Origin: Parcubacteria group bacterium | Lineage (GTDB): Bacteria > Patescibacteriota > Minisyncoccia > JACPHC01 | NCBI GenBank assembly: GCA_016188775.1 | Contig: JACPHC010000001.1 | Coordinates: forward strand, 45,519 to 109,518 | DNA length: 64,000 bases | Direction: 5' to 3' | Shown here: piece after piece, positions 9,189 to 18,200 of the stretch | Numbering within the stretch: the stretch's first letter is position 1 | Layout: every line of letters begins with the position of its first letter | Program-made: the position numbers and the translations under genes | The notes under the pieces: model-generated | Told to the model about the DNA's origin: nothing | Database searches by the model: none | The model's input: only the letters and a program-made list of their open reading frames with translations

Positions 9189-10397
9189 TTATTTTCTGAC
9201 AAAAGCTTCTTTAGGCGAAAGATAAGCGGCGCGGCGCGCCGGCCAAAATCCCGCCACTAACCCAATAAAAATCGAAATAATGATAATAAACGCGATAAAC
9301 CAAATTGGGGTAATAAAAAGATCAAACGGTTTTCCGCCAAGCCTGCTGATTAAAACGCTTAATCCAAAATTAATAATTTTTCCTCCGCCAACCCCCAATA
9401 TTACGCCTCCAACTCCTCCTAAAAACCCCATCATCGAAGATTCCATTAAAAATAAATTTCTTACGTCTTTATCGGTCGCTCCCAAGGATTTAATAATTCC
9501 GACTTCATAGATTCTTTCAAGAAAACCGACGATCATCGTGTTAAACATTCCAATAGCCGATACGATCAAAGCGGTCACGCCAAAAATCCCCAAAACGATT
9601 GTTATAATATTCAAAATTTTTTTTGCTTGAGTTACAAGATCAATGCGACTTGATATAAGAAAACCTTTTTCAAAAAGAATGTCTCTAAGCTTTTCTAAAA
9701 CATCCATATTCTTAGCTTTTATTAAAAGTTTTCTAAAAAACGGCGGTTCTTTATCGATAAAATTAGTCGGTATTATGGCTATTGGCGGAAGAGTTTCATC
9801 CGTGATAATTCCTTTCAAGAAAAGGGGGGTTTTTGTTCTTCCCGGTTCCAATAAGTTTCCTTTTTCGTCCTGATAAAAGATATCAAAATTCAACTCTTTT
9901 CCCAAAAAAGTTTCATTGATGGGGAAATTAAGCAATTCCGCGGTTTGAGCGGAGATTATAGCTCCAGCCTCGTCTTCTTTAAAATTCGCGCCAATATCGG
10001 GCGTTACGCCCGACACGCGAAAATAGCTTGATTTTACGATTGTAGTAAAAATAAGTCCGGAAACATCCCCTGATTTTATTTCGCCGGAAAATTCAGCAAT
10101 CGGACTGATTTCATCAATTTCGCTTATCTTTTTTAAATTTTCTATTTCCGAATTTTTTATGAACAATTCGATTTCAGAGGGATATGAAACTTCTAAAGTA
10201 ATCAGCGAATCTTCGGTTGTGACCAATCGTCCGATCAAAATAAACTGAAGTCCGTAGCCAAGCGAAACTAAAAATAAAACCGCGCCAATTCCGATAGACA
10301 TCCCCAGAATCGTAAGAAAAGTTCTTAGCGGTTTTATCCGGAATGTTCTAAACGAAAGTTTTAATAAATCAATAAATCTTAAATGATTTTCTGCCAT
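9189..10397 (-). CDS. MacB/FtsX-family ABC transporter permease
   Basis: RTFLTILGMSIGIG, periplasmic region, ERIYEVGIIKSLGA, PARRAAYLSP. Confidence 0.92.
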   Translation of the reverse strand: MAENHLRFIDLLKLSFRTFRIKPLRTFLTILGMSIGIGAVLFLVSLGYGLQFILIGRLVTTEDSLITLEVSYPSEIELFIKNSEIENLKKISEIDEISPIAEFSGEIKSGDVSGLIFTTIVKSSYFRVSGVTPDIGANFKEDEAGAIISAQTAELLNFPINETFLGKELNFDIFYQDEKGNLLEPGRTKTPLFLKGIITDETLPPIAIIPTNFIDKEPPFFRKLLIKAKNMDVLEKLRDILFEKGFLISSRIDLVTQAKKILNIITIVLGIFGVTALIVSAIGMFNTMIVGFLERIYEVGIIKSLGATDKDVRNLFLMESSMMGFLGGVGGVILGVGGGKIINFGLSVLISRLGGKPFDLFITPIWFIAFIIIISIFIGLVAGFWPARRAAYLSPKEAFVRK

Positions 10398-10417
10398 AAA
10401 ATTTTTCGCGAAATAAT

Positions 10418-11713
10418 TTAAAGAATTCCGCCGGGATACGCTTCTTGCCCTCTTAAAATAGCCTCCAATTTTTCGGAGATTTTTTGGGTGCTGCGAAAAG
10501 ATAATCCGACGCCATACTCTTTTTTAGATTTGTTCGCGATTTTTTTGAATCGTTCCGGCGTAATGATTGATTTTAATCTCTCCGCGATAAGTTCATTTAA
10601 TCTATGATTTTGCAATTCGCTTAATTTGCCATGATAATCTTCAATAAGCCACATTCTGATTTTTTCCACTTCATCGCGGATTGGCGATTCCAGATTATAT
10701 TCAAGCTCCTCATAAACTTTTTTAATCTCTTTTCTTTTTTGAATAATATCGTCGATGAAACGGCTGATTCGTTCGGCTTTTTGCCGCCAAAGGCCGACGC
10801 CATTCTGCTTAAAAGGGCGGTCGAGAACTCTTCGAAAAATATCGCTGTCAATATGATTTTTCAGCCGTTCAAGAAGAAAAAATTCAAATCTTTTAATTTC
10901 TTCGATAGAATAGCCGCGCATAAATAATTGAGCCAAAGATTGAGCCGATACTTCAACGCTTGTAAGCTCCGGAGTTAATTCCTGATAAAGATGATGAGAA
11001 AGCGATTCAGCGACTGTTTTTGGCGTCGGATTTTCAGTTTTGGTTACAACGCCGTCTTTTAGATAAAAAATTCTTTTAACGTCTTTTAAGCTCCAGGCTT
11101 CATGAGTAACCATAATAATTGTCCGGCCGTCTTTTTTATTAAGTTCTTTTAAAAATTCCAAAACTCTTTTGGCGTTATCAGAATCAAGGTTTCCAAGCGG
11201 TTCGTCCGCTAAAATAATTGGCGGATTATTCGCCAGAGCTCTTGCGATGCCCACTCTTTGCTGTTGCCCTCCGGAAAGTTCAAACGGATAACGATTCGCC
11301 ATTTCTTTAATCCCGAGCCTTTCCAAAAGTTTTAAAGTTTCTATTTTTCTTTTGTCTTCAGAAATTCCCAAAAAAGCCATGGGCAAAGCGACATTTGCTA
11401 AAACGGTTAAAGAAGGTATTAAATTAAATTGTTGAAAAATTATGCCGACTCCGATTTGACGGTATATCGCCGCCTCTTTTTTTGAAACACTGGTAATATC
11501 TTTATTATTTATATAAATTTTTCCTTCTTGGGGCTGATCTATCCCCGCGATTAAATAAAGAAGCGAGGTTTTTCCGCTTCCTGAAGGGCCGAAAAAAGCC
11601 ACGTATTCCCCCTTTTCTATTTCAAGATTTATATCTTTTAAAGCTTGGGTTTCGGAAGGTTTCCCTTTATCATACCAAAGATTGATATTTTGTATTTTAA
11701 TAATCGAATCCAT
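10418..11713 (-). CDS. LolD/MacB-type ABC ATPase with an extension of about 200 aa at the C-terminus
   Basis: GPSGSGKT, LSGGQQQRV, ILADEP, VTHE; the extension carries two GVGL repeats. Confidence 0.92.
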   Translation of the reverse strand: MDSIIKIQNINLWYDKGKPSETQALKDINLEIEKGEYVAFFGPSGSGKTSLLYLIAGIDQPQEGKIYINNKDITSVSKKEAAIYRQIGVGIIFQQFNLIPSLTVLANVALPMAFLGISEDKRKIETLKLLERLGIKEMANRYPFELSGGQQQRVGIARALANNPPIILADEPLGNLDSDNAKRVLEFLKELNKKDGRTIIMVTHEAWSLKDVKRIFYLKDGVVTKTENPTPKTVAESLSHHLYQELTPELTSVEVSAQSLAQLFMRGYSIEEIKRFEFFLLERLKNHIDSDIFRRVLDRPFKQNGVGLWRQKAERISRFIDDIIQKRKEIKKVYEELEYNLESPIRDEVEKIRMWLIEDYHGKLSELQNHRLNELIAERLKSIITPERFKKIANKSKKEYGVGLSFRSTQKISEKLEAILRGQEAYPGGIL

Positions 11714-11716
11714 ATT

Positions 11717-12148
11717 TTATTTTTTTTTGCTGATTTTTTCCACAAATTCAATAATTTCTTTCGGCAGATTATCTCCTTTAATTAAATAATTTTCCGCCCC
11801 TAATTTTTTTGCTTCGTCTATGAAAATTTTTTCGCTATAACCCGAGAAAATAATAACTTTAATATTCTTAAGTTCCGGATCGGTTTTTATTTTTTTAAGC
11901 AAATTAAAACTTCCTTCCGGACTTAAGATTAAACGGCCATTAATGACTTGCGGCATTAAGAGATCTAAAAATAAAATATTGGGCCGGGTTTTGGGATTTT
12001 TAATTATTTCATTGGCTTTTTCCAGGCTGTCGACAGTTTCGAATTCATATTTATTTTCAAGGCCGTGAATCCAAAAAATATCGCGAAAATAAATACGCAA
12101 TACTTCATCGTCATCCACGAAAAGAATTTTTGTTTTTTTTTCATCCAT
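11717..12148 (-). CDS. single-domain response regulator receiver
   Basis: ILFVDDD, LFLDLLMP, IFSG, YLIK; no output domain. Confidence 0.88.
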   Translation of the reverse strand: MDEKKTKILFVDDDEVLRIYFRDIFWIHGLENKYEFETVDSLEKANEIIKNPKTRPNILFLDLLMPQVINGRLILSPEGSFNLLKKIKTDPELKNIKVIIFSGYSEKIFIDEAKKLGAENYLIKGDNLPKEIIEFVEKISKKK

Positions 12149-12212
12149 AACACTAATCCGAAGCGTTTAAAAATATGCTTCGGATTTGATGTAAATTATT
12201 TTATTTTCAATA

Positions 12213-15200
12213 TTATCTTATTTTTCTTAAGAATTTAAACGTTTCTTCGAAATTTTTAAAAATTACATCTAAAATTGATTCGGTTTGACGCGGCGTTATG
12301 ATCGTTCTAATCGGAAAAATCGATTTATTTCCGGCCTGATCCACGGAGGAAATCTGAATTCTGTAAATTTTACCTGATCTAAGATTAGTTAAAATAACAG
12401 TGTGATCCAAGACCCAGCTATTGGATATCTCGATTTTATTCGCAAACTCTTTATCCGTTTTACTGCTCCCTTCTTCGTAAAAAACAATAGAAGTCGCCGG
12501 TTCGTCGGTTTTCCAGCTAACGATTGTTTGCGCTCGATCGGCCCTTCCCGGCACGAGAGCGCTATCAATCTTAAGAGAGGATATTTCGGGTGGCGTTACG
12601 TCTTTGCTTGTCGTCGCTTTTAAAATTTCTTTCGTTTCAACCAGATTTTCCAATTCATTATATCCAAAAGCTTTTACCTCGTATGTTGTCGCCGGATTAA
12701 GATTTTCAATTAAAATATCGTGAAATGGCCTTTTAACTTCGTCGATTTTTCTATTTATTGCGTTTGTTTTTAAATTTTTATATTCAACTATTGAAGTTGT
12801 CGGCTCGCCGGTTGTCCAAATAACTCGAAATGAATCTTTCTTAATATCGCTGATGATTGCCTGAAATTTAGCCGCTTTTGTGACAAAAACTATATCCGGA
12901 CTGCGGCCAATGGCTTGCGGCAAACTGAACGATTTGACCATAAAGTGGTATTCCGTGTTTGATTTTAAATTAGACAGAATAATTTGATGGTCAAGGACTT
13001 TATTTTCAATATCGGAAACTTCAGCCGCATAAGGATTAATATTCTTAAGATTATATTCTTCGTTCGCGGAGTAAGAAACCACCGAATATGTTTTAACATT
13101 GGTTCGCCATTTTATGGTTGCTGAATTTTCGGTAACATCAATCGCTTCCGGCGTTTGAATGAACGGCGGAAAGACGCTTGGCAAAATCGACTCAAGAGAG
13201 CTTTCAATCGCGTCCTGGAATTGCTGCGCGTTTTCCAAAGTGGTTAACTCTTGAAGCGCTTCGGCAAAAAATTTGGTTTGAAAGATTTGATCATCCGAAT
13301 AAGACGAATTACCGGCTGAATCAACCGCTTTTATTTTATAGTGATATTCGGTTCCGGTTATCAAATTTCTTAATTGTCCGGCATGTCCTTCTGACCATTC
13401 CGGAATACCGACAATAAATCCGTAATCTTTTGTTTTTCCGTATTCAATGAATGCCACGGACGATTCATCTGTTTTAAATTTAATTATCGCTTCAAAGGCG
13501 CCGATAGATTCAATATTGATTTCGCTAATAACCGGCGGCGCGGTGTCTTTCGGCGGCTGAGGCGGAGCAGCGGCTCCGGAGCTGAAGATTACCACCTGTC
13601 CTTGTTTTTGAGTTTTAAGAACGTTTTCGACTGAAATTGTTTCATTGCCGGCCGCGTCTTTTGATTTAACTTTATAATAATAATTTGTTTCCGAATTTAA
13701 GCCGGTCAAAGAAACGACGTGATTAATTGATAATGCCGAATCAAGCGTTGTTGTAGTTGTATAACTTCCGCTTTGCCCTCCGTACTGAACTTGAGAAGTT
13801 GCCGGTTCATCGGTTGTCCAAACAATAACTCCGGCTTCAGAGCTTATGACGGGCGTTGAAATATTGGAAATAATCGGCGGGTTTAAATCTAACGCTGTTC
13901 GGAAGCTGTAATACATATTATTATTTTTGTCGGTCGTTGTGTTTCCCAAAGAATCAGTTGATTTTACGTAATAATAGTATGTTGTGGCGGCGGAAAGATT
14001 TGCTAAATCAACTTTATGCTGATATGTCGGACCGGACCCTCCGACTAAAATAGCGCTTCCGATTTCAAGAGGGCTTGTAAAAGCGGAGTTTAACGAATAA
14101 ACAACAAAAGAATTTGAATCTAAATTAGTGTTCCAGAATATTGTCGCGGTTTTATCCGTTACGTTGATTTCGGTTACATTAGATACAACCGGACCGCCCG
14201 CGGTTATAAGGGAATATCCGGCTCCGTTATTATCGTTTACGCCGATATTGCTGGCGATATCTTTTGATTTAACGCGAAAGAGATAATTCGTGCTTGGCGT
14301 TAAACCAGAAACAACCAATTCGTGCGAAGTGACGAATGAAGAACTTCCAGCGCTTAAATTAAAACTCGTGCTTGGAGAAATTGAATATTCAATCGCGGAA
14401 TCAGAAAGTTCATCGGTGGTCCAAGTTATTCTGGCGCTAGTATTGCCGGATTCAGCTATCGCAACGCCGGAAATAGTCGGAGCCGTGACATCGGTTCCGC
14501 CTTGACCGTTTGGAGAATCGCTTTGCGTTGAAGAATAATTAGAAATATCTCCATCCGTGTCAACAAAAATAATTTTATAAGAATAAGTCGTATTTGAGGC
14601 GACTGAAAAATCAGCGTAATAATTAGTGGCGCTCGCGGTAATCGTGTTTAACAATGAGAAATTAATTCCGTCAGTCGATCGATAAAGATCATACTTGCTG
14701 AATTGAGCGTTTACTGGCGCGTTTGAAGGCCAAAGCCCCCAAGAAACGAATTCCCTGAATTCTTGGGTTTGAAGATTAGAAACGTCTTTAATATTAAAAT
14801 TAGTCGGAGTAAGCGGAGCGTTCGCCGAAGCGACAATAATATTGCTATAAACATCGCGAAGTTCCAGCCAAACAATTTCATAAGAAGGCGAACCGGTTAA
14901 AGTCCAACTTGGGTTTCCGGTGAATGAAGAGGAGGCGACATTTTGCCAAACTCCGCTGGAAGAATTTAGTCCGTCGGCTGATTGATCGCTGTTATTGGAA
15001 ATCCGATATTGGATATTAGCGTCATCCGTAAAATTTAGAGTTAATTGGTCTGTTCTTGAATCAATTTTAAATTGAGTCGCGACCGGATTTTTAGTGTCCA
15101 AAACAAAAGCGGCGCTTATCGCTTGAACCGTGTTATTCACCGGCTCGCCATCATTGGCTGTTACGCGGATTTTAGCTTGCGTTGAATAATTTCCGGGAAT

Positions 15201-18200
15201 ATGGCTTTTCGCGTCCCAAATAGCGGCATAAATAGTGTAACTCGCCTGAAGAACGGCTTTATTCGCCGTATCCCCTGTTGCTAAATTGCCTGATGGAATA
15301 GGAGTCCATAAACTGCCGTTATTCAAACTATATTCAAAAGAAGGCGCGATAAAGCCGGGAGTAAAGGTGCCGCTATTAGTATCTTGATCCCGAACGCTAT
15401 ATTGAATATTTACTTTCCCCCAGTTAACGTTTAGGGAATCGCTTATTTGAGAAGCGGATATTCCTCCGGCTGATGTTGTCGGATAATTCGGGTCAAAATC
15501 AGGCGGACCGTTTTGAACATAAGTTATTGTAAAATCATTAATGGTTGGCGTCGCGCTGCCTGTGGTTGACCCGGAATCCAAAAACATTTCTATTTCAAAA
15601 TAGCGAAATGTCGGATTGGCGGTTCCCGCGTCATTGGTAATGGTCGCGCCTGAAGTTGTGTAATAAGGCGACCATAAAGCGGAAGCGAGCGCTCCCGACC
15701 CCTGCGCGTTTGTCGCTCCGCGAGTTCGAAATTTTACTAATGTTCCGGAGGGCGTACTCGCGGTCCAATCAATTCTGGTAAACTGGGCGTCGCTTGCGGT
15801 ATCAAGTTTTAAGTTAGTGATTGTTCCTGTTGTATTATAGCCGTTGTAAATAATGGTAATGTCTTGGACAGTGGCATTGCCGGTAATAGTGATTTTCCAT
15901 TTGAGAGAGGTGCCGTTGGTCGTAAAATTATATTTTGTGCCCGGTGTAGCAGTATTGAAAGTCGTTCCATTATCATTGGAAAGCTGATACGTAATACTCC
16001 CTGTCCCCACCGTATCATTCTTCGTCAAAGTGGCGTAGGCGATATTGGTCGCCAGCGTATCCACCACGATAGATTGGGCGCTTTGGCTCGCGCCAACGGC
16101 CGTAAACTTGGCAAACTTCCCTCCATCTCCGCCAAGATATATCATCGCGTTGGCGGAGTCGTAGGCAAGGGCGTTAAAATTGTTCGCGCCCCAGAAAGAA
16201 GAAGTTTTAGCGGTTAAATCTACTACATTACCATTGGCTCCGTCGCAAGGATTAATTACCTGGCATTTTCCAAAACCAGCGGTTGTATGCTTCATCCCTA
16301 TATAAATTGTTCCATCAGCTAAGTCAAAAGTTAAAGCGCCGACAGGTCTATTAAGAAACGACGATCCCGCTAATTTACTTGATAAATCCGTGGCATTGCC
16401 ATTGGCTCCGTCGCAGGGGCTGGCTGTGGCGCACTTAGCAAACTTCCCTCCATCTCCGCCAAGATATATCATCGCGTTGGCGGAGTCGTAGGCAAGAGTA
16501 TTAATATTCGTTAACCAAAAAGAGGAAATTTTAGCGGTTAAATCGTATGCTGTATTCGCAGTTCCGCAAGCAGTAGTACTGACGCAGTATTTGGCAAACT
16601 TGCCGGCATTGCCTCCTAAATATATCGCGTTATTTGCTGAATCAAAAGTTAAAGCCCTAATATTATTTGTTCCCCAAAAGCTGGAAATTGCGCTGTCTAA
16701 ATTCGTGGCATTGCCGTTAGCTCCGTCGCAAGGGCTTGAAGTGGTACATTTGGAAAATGAAAGTTGGGTAGAAGCTCCCCCACCGCCCACATACACCGCA
16801 TTATTAGTTGAATTAAAAGTAAGCGCAATAATATTTACTCCGCCCCATGCTCCCGTTCCTTTACTGGTTAAATCAGTAGCCGTATCAGTGCCAATCGTAT
16901 ACTTGGCAAACTTGCCGGCATTGCCTCCTAAATATATCGCGTTATTTGTTGAATCAAAGGTTAGAGCGTTAATATTATTTGTCCCCCAAAAACTTGAAAT
17001 CTTGCTCGTCAAATCCGTAAAAGTATTCGTTCCCGAAACGTATTTGCCGAATTTTCCGTTGTCGGCGCCGATGTAGATGTCGCCGTTGGAGGCGCGGACA
17101 AGGGCTTTTTGCGGACCGGTGTAGCGAGCGGCAAAACCGCTCCATTCATCGGCGCCGATATCCCACGAGGTTGAACTCGCGTAAAGCGAACTTGTCGCCG
17201 CGCGGTCTTGGCTATCCGCGTCATTTTTAAAGGTGGCCGACAAATCCGCGCCGGCATTTTTGGCAACCGAACTCTCTAAAATATGTAAATCTTCCATGCC
17301 CGCCGTAGTGGACACAAAAGCGATCTGCGTCAGCGTCTGATTGATCAGCGACCCCGTACCCGGCGCGGTCGCGTCCGAGGAGATATTATTGGAGGAAGAG
17401 GCGCTCCAAGAGCCGCCGTTGGCGTTGTAGTCAGTGGTATTACCAGTAGAGATATTGTTGCGAAGAACTGGATTGGCTGTGGTGTTATTGACGGGATTAA
17501 TAAAAAATCCTGAGCCATTCCCATACGCAATGTTGTTATAAAAATATCTTGTTAAGCCACCGTCAAAGTACCGAAATCCGATACTGTATCCATACACTAC
17601 ATTATTATAAATAAGACCGTTTCTAGAGTCATTGCTTATGCTTAGGGCAAAGGTATTAGGCTGTGTAGCCGAATTCGCGTGAATAAGATTATTTCTTATT
17701 ATTAAATTCCTAGACGGCCACCCAGTCCCAATGGCTACTCGCCAATTATTATTATCTTGTTCTATTTCCATCCATTCAACAATAGTATTATCACTTTTTA
17801 TCTCTACAGCAGGAAGTCCATTAAAAATAAGTTTCGCGCCACTTCCCGCTACGCCGGTATGCCGCGAACCGGGCTCGGCAGTCAGCCACATATAATGCGT
17901 GGCGTCCGTAGTGGAGACGTCAATGGTCACGCCGGCGGTAAAAGTGGAGTCCTTATACGCCTCGCCTTTTTCGATGGTCCCGGCGGTGGTGAGAATGGTG
18001 GAAAGCGTGGCGGTTGAAAGCGATGTTCCTCCAGTGAGCGTTTCGCCGGCCGCAAAAACGCCTGTCAAAACATCCACGGTCATGTACGACTCGGAGGCGC
18101 TCGGTGTATCTCGTTCTTTGATGTAAGTACCAGTCGCGCCGGAGGTAAGGCCGGTAATGGTCTCACTTTCAGTGAATGCCGCCGATTGTCCTGAAATTTT

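Noticed and set aside
16000-17050. Diversity-generating retroelement TR/VR pair
   Set aside because: The duplicated blocks are in-frame repeats within one gene without adenine-specific mismatches, and no reverse transcriptase gene is present.
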